Positions 49,019 to 61,519 of a stretch of DNA of 64,000 nucleotides are shown here, piece by piece (positions within the stretch are counted from its first letter, which is position 1; every line of letters starts with the position of its first letter). The position numbers were made by a program, and so were the translations under genes. The stretch comes from Octopus sinensis. Its lineage: Eukaryota. Below the pieces are notes generated by a model. The model made no database searches. It was not told the DNA's origin and worked only from the letters and a program-made list of their open reading frames with translations. The stretch covers positions 71,920,001-71,984,000 of the forward strand of contig NC_043004.1 of NCBI RefSeq assembly GCF_006345805.1, read 5' to 3'.

Positions 49019-49450
49019 GGCGGCAAGCTGGCAGAAACGTTAGCACACCGGCCGAAATGCCTAGCGGTATTTCGTCTGCCGCTACGTTCTGAGTTCAAAT
49101 TCCGCCGAGGTCGACTTTGCCTTTCATCCTTTCGGGGTCGATTAAATAAGTACCAATTACGCACTGGAGTCGATATAATCGACTTAATCCGTTTGTCTGC
49201 CTTTGTTTGTCCCCTCTGTGTGTAGTCGCTTGTGGGCAGAAAAGAAATAAGAAACGCTAGCATGCCGAGCGAAATGCTTAGCAGTATTTCTTCTGACTTT
49301 ACGTTCTGGGTTCAAATTCCGGTGAGGTCGACGTTGCCTTTCATCTTTTGGGGTCGATAAATTAAGTACCAGCTGCGTACTGCGGTCGATCTAATCGACT
49401 GGCCACCTCCCCAAAAGTTCCGGATTTTGTGCCTAGAGTAGAAAATAATA
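49019..49450 (+). mobile_element. Head-to-tail SINE family 2 dimer
   Basis: Full copy at 49019-~49251, followed by a 5'-clipped copy with an alternative tail. Confidence 0.85.
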
Positions 49451-49529
49451 TATGTCTGGGACAACATTCACATATGTGTGTGTGTGCGCGCGCATGTGTG
49501 TTTCTATATATGTACATATATAAAGCAGC

Positions 49530-49830
49530 ACACGGTCGGTTACGATGACGAGGGTCCCAGCTGATCTGATCAACGGAACAGCTTGCTCGTGAAATTAACG
49601 TGCAAGTAGCTGAGCACTCCACAGACGTGTATCCTTAACTTAGTTCTCGGGGAGATTCAGCGTGACACAGAGTGTGACAAGGCTGGCCATTTGAAATACA
49701 TGTATTACTCATTTTTGCCAGCTGAGTAAAATGGAGCAACATGAAATAAAGGACAACGCGTCGCCTGGAATTGAACTCACAACCTTACAATCGTGAGCCG
49801 AATGCCATAATCACAAGTCCACGCGTCTTC
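49530..49830 (-). mobile_element. SINE family 3
   Basis: Shares TACTCATTTTTGCCAGCTGAGT..A.TGGAGCAAC with 39226-39465. Confidence 0.75.
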
Positions 49831-49853
49831 ACACACACATACATACATATATT

Positions 49854-49891
<38 letters not shown>

Positions 49892-49921
49892 TATATATAT
49901 ATATATATATATATATATAAG

Positions 49922-50397
49922 TTTCAACCAATCATGTCATGTATTCATCTGAATAAAATTACTGCTGTTGTTTGTCAACAATTATCGGCAGTGTATAGTT
50001 TGTCACTGTTATTTATGACATAGTTCATCTCAGTTACATTTGTATAAACAAACGAGTGTATCTGAAGCATGTTTACTTCATGGCCCCACCATAATCGTTC
50101 GTGCATTTCTACTGCTTTTAGGGGGTGTTTTCTCCTGTTTTTCAGCTACTATTTTTGGAAAGATTTTTTGTCCCCCCCCCTCCAATTTCTTCATTTTTCA
50201 CTTTTTTCCGTAAATCTAACCCTACAACCCAACTCAACCGTAACCCCTAACCCTAAAACCCTAAAGCTAAAACCAGTACAAACGCATGAACGATGTCATA
50301 ACTAACAGTGACAAACGAAATATACACCGCCGATAGTTGTTGACAAACAACGGCAGTAATTTTATTCGGCTGAATACATGTCATTGATTGGTTGAAA
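49922..50397. mobile_element. MITE-like element with ~90-bp TIRs and internal TAACCC-type repeats
   Basis: TTTCAACCAATCA...GTTTGTCACTGTT mirrors AACAGTGACAAAC...TGATTGGTTGAAA. TAACCCCTAACCCTAAAACCCTAAA occurs at ~50240. Confidence 0.8.
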
Positions 50398-50857
50398 TTA
50401 CCGAAATACAACAACTTTAACACGAAATAACTTTGAAAATGTAAACTTTCTCAACAACACTAAGAGTAAATGATGTTCTATGTGACACATTCTACCAGTC
50501 TCCGAAGTTTGAAAGTGTTTAGTTACAAAAAATTAATTTCTCGATCTGCCGTTGAAAGGGAAAAGATCCGGGCTGTGTTAGGCGTAACGACATATTAAAT
50601 ATATCATACATATACACGCACGTATATTTGTCCGTTCGCATGTCTTCCAGATCTTGATTCTTTGTTAGCAACGCTGTAACGAAATTGGGAATGACTTCTC
50701 CGCTAAGAATACTATGACATTGCAAGTAACGTTTGCAGATATTTCAGTTCCATACGCGTCCTTGAATCTTTGTTCAAAGAAATAAAATAAAATACTTTCC
50801 CTACTGATGCAACAAAATTCACACAGTTACTCTTAAATCAATATGTACTAGTTTGAA

Positions 50858-51462
50858 GGCGGCGAGCTGGCAGAATCGTCAGCACGCCGGGAGAAATGCT
50901 TAGCGGTGTTTCGCCTGCTGCTACGTTCTGAGTTCAAATTCCGCCGATTTCGACTTTGCCTTCCATCCTTTCGGGGTCGATAAATTAAGTACCAGTTACG
51001 CACTGGGGTCGATATAATCGACTGGCCTCCTCCCTAAATATTTCGGACCTTGTGACTAGAGTAGAAAAATTATAAGGCGGCTAGCTGGGAGAAACGTTAG
51101 CATGCTGGACGAAACCTTCTGTGTTTAAATTCCACCGAGGTGAACGTTGCCTTTCATCCTTTCGGGGTCGATTAAATAAGTACCAGTTACGCACTGCAGT
51201 CGATATAATCGAATTAATCCGTTTGTCTGTCTTTGTTTGTCTGTCTTTGTTTGTCCCGTCTGTGCGTAGCCCCTTGTGGGCAGTAAAGAAATAGATATTT
51301 CGTCTGCCTTTACGTTCTGAGTTCAAATTCTGCCGGGGTCGACTTTGCCTTTCATCCTTTCGGGATCGGTAAATTAAGTACCAGTTGCGTACTAGGGTCG
51401 ATCTAATTGACTGGCCCCCTCCCCAAAATTTCAGGCCTTGTGCCTTCGAATAGAAAAGAATA
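50858..51462 (+). mobile_element. Head-to-tail SINE family 2 trimer
   Basis: Three consecutive copies starting at 50858, ~51077 and ~51296. Confidence 0.85.
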
Positions 51463-51776
51463 TGTATTAGTTTGTCATCCACTTCAATCTTCCATAAGGT
51501 ACACAAAACGGCACGTATATATTTCCCTAGAATTCTGTCTCTCTAAACGAAACCCACGCATTTTCTTGCCATTAATTTCTTACAATCATCTTTCTTCATT
51601 TCCTCTCTTTCTCTCTCCATTTCTCGCTCTCCATCAAACCGCCCCTCTCTCTGTCTCCATACTTCTACTCTCTATATTTCTCTTATCTTCCTCCTTTCTC
51701 ATTTGATCTCATGCTCGCCTTCTTTCTCTCTCACTGCCAGATTTCTTGTTGATCTTTTTTCATCTTTCATTTTTAG

Positions 51777-51928
51777 GTGAAAGTGATTATGAGAAAGGAT
51801 AATATGGACGTTAAATCATTAACATTTGATGGAAGAGGGACAAATTATACCTCGTGGTTTAATGAGAGTAACCTTATTGAAGAACCATGGTTTGGAAACT
51901 TAACAGTAATATACAGATTCAAGGACGA
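51777..51928 (+). CDS. Gene B coding exon 3 (152 nt, phase 0-2)
   Basis: TTTTAG|GTG...GAC GA|GTATAT. Reads VKVIMRKDNMDVKSLTFDGRGTNYTSWFNESNLIEEPWFGNLTVIYRFKD. Confidence 0.85.
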
Positions 51929-52239
51929 GTATATATTAATTCCATTTTCTTTATTTGCACCAATACTTTTTCTGTGTTAGTAATTACGTTTTCTCACATA
52001 GACAAGTAGGTACACATTTCGGGAAAATGGTACAGTTAAATACATCAATCTTAGAAATTGACTAGTGTTCTTTTGTCGATCCTGGAAAATAAATGACAAG
52101 ATGAATGTGCCAGGGTTCGAACTCAAAACATTATGGAACAAAAGTAAATACAACTTGCCTCATTATTTCCAACCGTATCGATCCTACTTTAAATCATATT
52201 TAAATGATGATTGTGATGATGATGATGATGATGACGATT

Positions 52240-52307
<68 letters not shown>

Positions 52308-52364
52308 CTTTTAATTGATAGTGACAAGTGATCACAAATGCATAAGTGGTAATTTCCCCTATCA

Positions 52365-52596
52365 AGGTCTCGAGCTGGCAGAATCGTTAACACGCCGGGC
52401 GAAATGCTTAGTGGTATTTTCGTCTGCCGTTACGTTGTGAGTTCAAATTCTGCTGAGGTCGACTTTGCATTTCATCCTTTCGGGGTCGATAAATTAAGTA
52501 CCAGTTACGCACTGGGGTCGATGTAATCGACTTATTACCTATGCCTGTCCTTCTTTGTCCCGTCTATGTTTAGCCCCTTGTGAGTAATAAAAAATA
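52365..52596 (+). mobile_element. SINE family 2 with a 17-bp target-site duplication
   Basis: GGTAATTTCCCCTATCA at 52348-52364 and 52597-52613. Confidence 0.92.
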
Positions 52597-52874
52597 GGTA
52601 ATTTCCCCTATCAGCTTCTCCATAACTAATTCACTACTTTTTTCTAATTCGGACAACTAATTGTAATCTGTGTGGCGCTGAGAATGAAACATTCGCCTTC
52701 CGGTGACCGACTCTTCACAAGGTCAAACGAACAGATCACAAAATTATGTTTTGTGCAGGCAACCAATTTGAAACCTATGCTTAGCAGCTGGCGTAACAAA
52801 TATTTTATCCAGATACGATTTGGACGGCCTACTATAGTTGTTTCTTGTCTACTCAGGAACATCAGAGAAATATA

Positions 52875-54141
52875 GTAGGCTCTCAAGAAAGTTCTTGCGG
52901 AATTTTTTATTTTGGTTTTAAATGATATATTTTCAAATTCATTGTCGTTAAATTACTTTGACTTTATATATAATTTTAAAGCCCATTTTTCGCTTTATCT
53001 AATCGTGCCACTCTTTTTCTTTTACAATAGTTAGGCCATTTTTTCCGGAACGTTGAATACAACATGGACAAAAAGCAAATTCGCAGAATTTTATTATTCC
53101 ATTTCAAGCTAGGCCAAAAAGCTGCTTATACAGCTCGCGATATCAACGATGCGTTTGGTCCAGGAACCATTAATGAACGCACAGCACAATGGTAGTTCAA
53201 GACATTTCGTAGCGGTGACGAGTCTTGAAGATGATAAGGGTAGTGGTCGGTCATCGCATGTTGACAACGGTCACCTAAGAGCCTTAGTCGAAGGCAATCC
53301 ACGCACAACTGTTCGAGATCTTGCTTCTGAATTAGACGTAACGCAAACGACAATTTCCAATCACTAGAAGGAGATTGGAAAAATAAAGATACTTGGGAAA
53401 TGGGTGCCGCACGAATTGAACAACAACCAAAAAAAAAAAAACGCCGTTTGGAAGTGTCATTTTCCCTTCTTCTACGCAACAAGAACGACCAGTTTCTCGA
53501 CCAGATTTTGATTAAAAGTAGATTCTTTACGACAACCGGCGACGCTCAGCTCAGTGGTTGGACGCCAGCAAAGCTCCACGGCAATTCCCGAAGCCAAAGT
53601 TGCACCAAACGAAGGGTATGGTGACTGTTTGATGGTCTACGGCCGGTCTCTTCCATCACAGCTTTTTGGATCCAGGCGAAACCATTACGGCGGAGAAGTA
53701 CTGTCAACAAATGGATGAAATGCATAAGAAACTCCGACAACAACAGCCAGTATTGAACAACAGAATAGACCCAATTCTTTTCCACGACATCGCTCGGCGG
53801 CACGTCGCACAGTTGCTCCTCCAGAAGTTGAAGGAATTGGGCTACGAAACTCTGCCTCATCCGCCATACTGACCAGACCTCTCGCCTACCGACTACCACT
53901 TTCTGAAGCATCTCTACAACTTCGTGCGTGAGAAATGTTACATCAAACACACCTTGAACGATTTCATCGCCACCAGAATGCTGGATTTTTACGCTACTGG
54001 CATAACTAAACTTGTTTCGCGTTGGCAAAGGTGTGTTGATTCTGATGGTGTTTATTTCGATTAATAAAGTTTTGTTTCGGCCGAGATATGTGCATCAGAA
54101 TTTAAAGGTTAAAAACCGCAAGAACTTTTTTGACAACCTAA
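52875..54141 (+). mobile_element. Near full-length mariner (Hsmar1/cecropia-like); transposase pseudogene ~53064-54064
   Basis: TA-flanked TIRs related to TTAGGTTGTCAAAAAAAGTTCTTGCGG. MDKKQIRRILLFHFKLG, WVPHEL, PPY*PDLSPTDYHF and DSDGVYFD*. Contains stops and frameshifts. Confidence 0.92.
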
Positions 54142-54551
54142 TAGTTATCTACAGCCTTTGAGTTAGCACCACGCATTCCTGCAATGTTTCTAGAATGCAT
54201 TTCCGTTCAGACACTAGTTGCAGAGATTCAAGAACGTGTCCAAGAAAGCTTTTAGACATCTGAGAAATAAATCAGGTCACATTGTCACAGTCGGGCAAAG
54301 GTGACAACATATATGTCATCACCACTCACTGATACTTCTCAAGTCGAGGACTACCGACTTACTAACTGGATCTAGGATAATGAACTGTATTTTGAGATTC
54401 AAAGAATAATCCTTTCAGCCAACCGTTGGATCTCAACAGACATCAAAGATAACTAATCCTACTTTCGCCGATCTCTAATCCCAACTAAATCGAGCGACCT
54501 AAGATTATTCAGTAAGTGACATTGCTTCCAAGTTGACTTGGTATGTAATGA

Positions 54552-54639
54552 AAGAAGAAGAAGAAGATGATGATGATGATGATGGTGATGGTGATGGTGA
54601 TGGTGGTGGTGGTGGTGGTGGTGGTGGTGGTGGTGGTGG

Positions 54640-54679
<40 letters not shown>

Positions 54680-54688
54680 GAAGAAGAA
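54552..54688. repeat. Symmetric compound trinucleotide repeat (GAA)(GAT)(GGT)(GAT)(GAA)
   Basis: Directly visible. Confidence 0.95.
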
Positions 54689-55214
54689 TGCATTGATGCA
54701 GTACCAGGCAGTGGCCCTAATGGCTTCTGATTGGAAGTGTTATCATGTACATTGTATTGTCTTGGTATAAAAGACGGGCTACAGCAAATATTCTGCTCAA
54801 TACCACATATTTGCTTGTCAGTTGTTTGACCATAACAAGTTGCTGACGATATGTGCATCTCTGATCATGAGTAGAAGTAGTGGGGGGAGTATCATAGCCA
54901 TGTTGAGAGGGATTCTTTGGGGTTTGAATAATTCAGCTCTGGAAACATGGGTGTTTCGTTCAACAGCCTTATTCAGGGACCGGTTGAGTGGGATGGGTTA
55001 CTCAACCAGAAGAAAACTCTAACTGGGCCCTCCCTTCAAGGTCATGTACTGTTTATCTTGATAAGAGATCACCATGACGCACACATATGATTGTGATGCA
55101 TGTGTCTATTGTACCCTTATTAGACGGGTATTGATTGGTATACTTGATGGGTATACTGGACTTCGTATATTTTACCCCAGTGTCACTTTGATGGCATGCA
55201 CTGCTCTTACACTC

Positions 55215-55245
<31 letters not shown>

Positions 55246-55247
55246 TT

Positions 55248-55445
55248 AATCCTTTCTTCTATAGGCACAAGGCTTGAATTTTGGGGGAAGAGACTAGTCG
55301 ATTACATTGACTCCAGTACTCAACTGGTACTTAATTTATCGGAGCCGAATGGATGAAAAGCAAAGTTGACCTCACTGGAATTTGATCTCAGAACGTAGCA
55401 ACGAACGAAATACTGCTAAGCATATCGCCCTACATGCTAACGATT
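55248..55445 (-). mobile_element. SINE family 2, diverged, next to a (TAA)n-tailed LINE-like 3' end
   Basis: AACTGGTACTTAATTTATC...GATGAAA.GCAAAGTTGACCTC on the plus strand; (AAT)n at 55216-55243. Confidence 0.75.
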
Positions 55446-55459
55446 CTTCAAGCCTGCAC

Positions 55460-55720
55460 CCATTATGAGATGGACACAAACGGAGTTTGACCAACACGAT
55501 CCTACCACGATCCTGGGATGACGATGGCAATGCATTATATTCTCTACTCTAAGGTGACCGTATACAGGTTGTACATTTAGAGCCAGATTGGCCGTGGCTC
55601 GATAAACGTACAGGAGTGCAACGACAGAGAAAGAAGAAACTTGACAGAGTATTTCGTAAACAGGGAACAAGGCTTGCTACAGTATGCTGCAAATGCAGAT
55701 GCACTTGCCAACAATGAAGT
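55460..55720 (+). mobile_element. R4/Dong-like ORF relic
   Basis: LYI*SQIGRGSINVQECNDRERRNLTEYF...LLQ matches RLY..R..GGRGL...E...L..Y. Confidence 0.5.
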
Positions 55721-56129
55721 AGATCAAACGGGGAATGATATAATAATATATTCTCTAAAACAATTTAGAAGACAGAGAGAGTTGCTTGTCATATAACAAT
55801 AAAATCTTACTAAAATAGCGCTGTATCATAATTGGACGATGTAGTCCTAGGCGAACTGTGTTTTGAGAAGAAATATGACGTGATGGTCGTGGCTGGAATA
55901 GCTTTTGATTATAGATCTGCTTGATGATAGCCGAACTGAAGCTAATTATGAGAGAAATATCTGATATCTCTAAATTACAATTATCCATCAGTGACGATAT
56001 ATTCACTAATGTCAAATATAAAAAGATAAACTCAATGATTTCATTAGGCAGAACTAATTGTAGTAAATAAAATCATAAAATATTTTCTTATTCAATTCAT
56101 CACTTGTAATACATGACTTTCAGTTTTAG

Positions 56130-56230
56130 CCAGATTCACATCCGGGTGTCTGGGACTCCATGGTATGCGATGAGAGCACAAGTTCTAAATGATACAACTT
56201 ACAACATTCTTTACAGAGAGGATCCTACAG
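56130..56230 (+). CDS. Gene B coding exon 4 (101 nt, phase 2-1)
   Basis: TTTTAG|C...ACA G|GTAAGT. Open in the required frame: QIHIRVSGTPWYAMRAQVLNDTTYNILYREDPT. Confidence 0.65.
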
Positions 56231-56331
56231 GTAAGTAATATATTTGTTTTCTAATGAACTTTGAAGTTAGAGTGTGTTTATTTATTAATTATTAATGTAT
56301 ATACTTTTGTTTGAACATCTAATTTTTCTAG

Positions 56332-56354
56332 AGTGTTCCTTTAACATTTACTAA
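56332..56354 (+). CDS. Gene B probable terminal coding exon (ECSFNIY*); total CDS 696 nt / 231 aa from ATG 44911
   Basis: TTTTTCTAG| acceptor after a 101-nt intron; phase 1 gives a stop at 56352-56354. Confidence 0.5.
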
Positions 56355-57363
56355 CATAACCAATTGCACGAATGATTATGGCTATCATCAGGATAGAGGA
56401 GAAAGTGGTTCCTCAATTGTTGTCCATAGATAATCTTATATTTGTTGATTTTAGAAGACATTCACATCTGCAGTGCAGCTAACCTATATGATTGTGCATG
56501 ATGCTTCAATTATGTCCAAACTAATCATCCCAGGTCTATTACTTTTGCACTTGGAGGAGGATTTGATTGGAATGTTTAACCAATTAAAACTATATATATA
56601 TATAGCCCCTATTCACTATTAGCGTTCGAAATTACACCTTGACATATTGTTGAATTCTTCCTCATCCTCTCTGCAAAGTCCCTCTTGCTGTCTTTATCAC
56701 TGAGGCACAATCTTCATGATTTTCCTTTAAAATATATTATAATTGTGAAGTTACCTTAAAAGCCAGGTACCTAAAATGCAACAAGGTATTTATAAAATAC
56801 CCGTAATATTAAATAAATACCCAGTAAATTGCATACGGCCATAAAGTGTATTTTGCACCTTCATTGATAGACACCGAAGGCGAAACTAATCAAGCTAACA
56901 CTGTATTCTCTGATAATTAGATATGTTCCGTTAATTGCATTTGCATATTAAAATTGTTTCATTTAGTCCTGATTGGTTTTTATGTAATTATACGTTTCAA
57001 ACATTTACTTTCGGCATCGAAAATGTATTTTCCTCTAAATGACAATGCGAAAAGCACACATAAACACAATCTGTATTTTAGTTGATTTTAAAAAAATCTT
57101 TATTTTATTTCAGTCGGAAGTTCTAAAACTGTACTGGAAACTGTGGATATCTACATCTTATTACAGCAGAGTTCAAATAATTAATGTAATTATGTATGTC
57201 AATGTATACATGTATGTGTGTGTGTGTGCGTGCGCGTATGTGAGTAGCTATTACATACTCATATATGGACATATATATATATATATATATATATGCATAC
57301 ACATATACATACATACATATACATAAAAATGACGTAATATATATAGAGCATACATGGAAATGC

Positions 57364-57418
<55 letters not shown>

Positions 57419-57899
57419 CATACATATAAATACACATTTACATATACATAAACATGTGCACACACGTATACATACAGTTACATGTATAGATAGAGAAATA
57501 GAGGGAGTGGAAGAAAGGGGGAGAGAGAAACATGTGGATATACACACATCCATCAAGTATGTGTTGGTCTTTAGAATTGTCGATATGTTTTGCCTTGACT
57601 CTGAAAGCTTTAAACTTTTCTACGTAATGTCTCCTGGCACTAGTTCAGTGTAACTTATTGTTATAGAGCTAGTCTTGATATTCAATTCTGGTAACATATC
57701 CCAAAACACTTGGAATAACCGAATGCATGTTTCCAAGCAACAATAATGGCAAAATTTACTTAGGAAATAAACCTGTTCTCATATCAATTTCTCATATATA
57801 CACTTGCGTCAGAAATTAATTAGCACTTCTCAAATTTCTACATTAAATAGGTTAAATCAATTAACCTTATGAGCTGTTCAAAACGTCTTACGCGATGAG

Positions 57900-58170
57900 A
57901 AAACTTAGCATGGTGTGATTTCGGTCCTTGCGAGGCGCTACCTATATCTATTAAACAAAGGAAGATTTGTCTGCATTCGCACTCCAAGTTGTTGCACTGC
58001 TATGTCAACATCATAAGGCTGTAGACTCTCAAACTGCTCTGCAAACAAAGTTACGTCATCGTTCTGCGCAACAGTGAACTCCCAACAAAGCAATAGTTCG
58101 AGATATTGCCACTAGGTGACATCACATACCTTGAGTGAAGAGCAAATCAAGGGTGCTAATTAATTTCTGA
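57900..58170 (-). mobile_element. Tx1/L1-like RT relic
   Basis: LAPLI...TVAQNDDVTLF (cf. AYADDVT). Confidence 0.35.
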
Positions 58171-58619
58171 CGGTAGTGTATGTATATGTTTGTTGTTCTC
58201 TTTAACAATTTTATATCCGCTGCATCAGATCTGCAGTGGCTCCAGAACTAGCATATTACCTATAACCTGGAGCCATAGTAATCCGTTACAGCACCTACCT
58301 AGCGTACCTAATCGTTTAGATCATCTGTGAACTAAACCCCCATACTGTTTTTATATATATATAAGGCTCGAAATTATGTGTAGAGAGAGAGCCGACCATT
58401 GACAATGCGTCCTTTCTGCGTGTTAACGTCTTGCTTTCCATTTTTTGGGGATCCTGTTAACGTATTTCACTCTTCACCCCCCCCCCGCCATTTTTTGTAC
58501 GTAATTCCTGTTATTTGCAGCGTTGGTGACGTCCTCTATCCATATATGCATGTATATATTCATATATTATATATTATTCAACTGAACGCGTTGCATCCAT
58601 TTTCAAATAAGTATATACA

Positions 58620-59305
<686 letters not shown>

Positions 59306-60286
59306 ATATGCAACAGTCATTTCCACTAATTCTAATATAATACTCAAACTTGTTGTTTGCACCGATTCCATTTCATCCAACAGCCATAAGCTGATGCATT
59401 GATGCTTGAAGTCAAATCGTTCAGAGACCATTTCTCAAAACTCACAACTTCTCTTAATTAACCAATACACAATTTCTTACTTTTGGCGACCATATTTCGT
59501 TGCTTCGCTATTCTGTTTTAACTTTATTCCTTTCACTTTTATGCTATAATACTATTTACACCATTTTCCTCGTCGTCCAGTGTAAAGTGCGCTACACATT
59601 TCCATACTATCACTATTATGTATACCAGTTACTTTTGACATATTAAGCAAAAAGCACTTTAAAACTATGAAGTTTTGTTCTTTATCTGCATTATTTTCCT
59701 ATGAATATTATAATGAATACAGCAATTTTGAATAAAGTTCTATATCACACGTATTATGTGTTTGTTCTCTGTCTAAACACTTGTTTTTTTCTACTTTCTA
59801 ACATTACTAACTTCAATATTGTCTGACTTTATCATACGTTGAATGAAAGTAAACCAGCGACTTTTTTCTCATCTGTCATTTCATACATGTATATTTTTCA
59901 ATGTACACGTGGTAGTGGGTCTGGGCGTGGACGTGACCGTGGGCGTAATCATAAGCACGGTTGTGGAAGTGGACGTGGGCGTAACCACCCACGTGGGCAT
60001 ATCCATGGACTTGGGTGTAAACATGGGCGTGTGCATGGGCGTGAGCGTGGACGTAGCCGTTGCAATAGCCGTGGACATTGCCACGTCACCTGATTTATTT
60101 TCTAATATAAGTTAAATTATATCTTCACCATCTCATTTCTTTTACAAAGACATTTTATTAGATTGTCTTTAAAATTACTTCAAAATATTTGAGTTTGTTG
60201 AGACTCATCTGATTAACTTCAATATTTTATATTTCTTCTTCCATTCAGATGTATCCGTTTCCAAGAAAAACATGTCTTTAACTCTG

Positions 60287-60329
<43 letters not shown>

Positions 60330-61519
60330 AGAGAGAGAGGGGGGAGAGAAAGAGAGAGAGAGATTTTAGGTGCTAATATTGACACGGTAACTCCCAATGG
60401 TATGAGCATTCACAGATATTCATCATTATTTATGATTATATATTACGTAACCATTTACAAATCTCTATAAATGCATGAAGTATAAAGAGGCAGGATGGTG
60501 ACGGCTGCAATGCACTAAAGACGCATTCTTCTCAGAGCCACCCTGCTGTTAAACAACAATTAAGGAAGATTCAACATTGTAAATCAAGCTGGTCGTATAT
60601 TCATCATAATAAACGGTTTAAACTAATTTAGAAACACTTAAAAACAAATCTGAATAAAGAACTCGGTCCATACATTGCAGTGATTTATATATTTTATCGG
60701 TTAAGAAGTATCAATATCTTTAATTTTCGTCTATGTTGGTTTTGAAACATAACGAAACATTATTTGATGATAGATGTAATATTTTAACACCATCAACTAA
60801 ATAGGAGTTACACAGTTTATACATACACAGGTAGATTTCTTGTAGGCTGTTATGTAGGCGAATGAATGTGTGTGTGTATATATATATATAGTAGTAACAG
60901 AAAAGAGGTGAGTTCCTGGCAATACACACAAATTCCTCTCAGTGAACATATAGAAAAGTGTGCACATAACATCAAACCAAATTTCACAGTCTTCCCATTT
61001 CTACCATTTCTACCATTTCTACACAATCTATCAACTGGAACGTTTAAATAAAGAAACTTTTTTCATTGAAAAATACAAAACACGTCTTAATATGCAAGCA
61101 TAACCGACTTTTATAGTTTTACATATTTCAATTCACGATTACGTCAGTGTACATAAATCCCCACACTAAACAAGGTTTTTGAAACTTGTACACATATATA
61201 TTCCCCTCCCATTAACGAAAGCTGAAAAGTTATCTCCCTTACCCACAACAATAACAATAATATCGACAACCAATTACCTCCCTTTATTTATCTACTTGTG
61301 AAGTCATTCACTCGTGAATTTTACCACACACAACATGGACAAAATTTTTCCTTAAGATAAAATATATATTCAAATAAGTAAAACATTATATCATGAATAG
61401 CGATAGCGAAACTGGTCGATATATTAAAAATTACATTAAAACTATGTAAGTGTGCGTATTTTCCTTTTTTAATTTCTGATATATATATAATCGCACACAA
61501 TTAACAAAAACCACAATAC

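Noticed and set aside
49019-49110. tRNA genes suggested by A/B boxes
   Set aside because: These are SINE heads: there is no cloverleaf, and they continue into SINE bodies.
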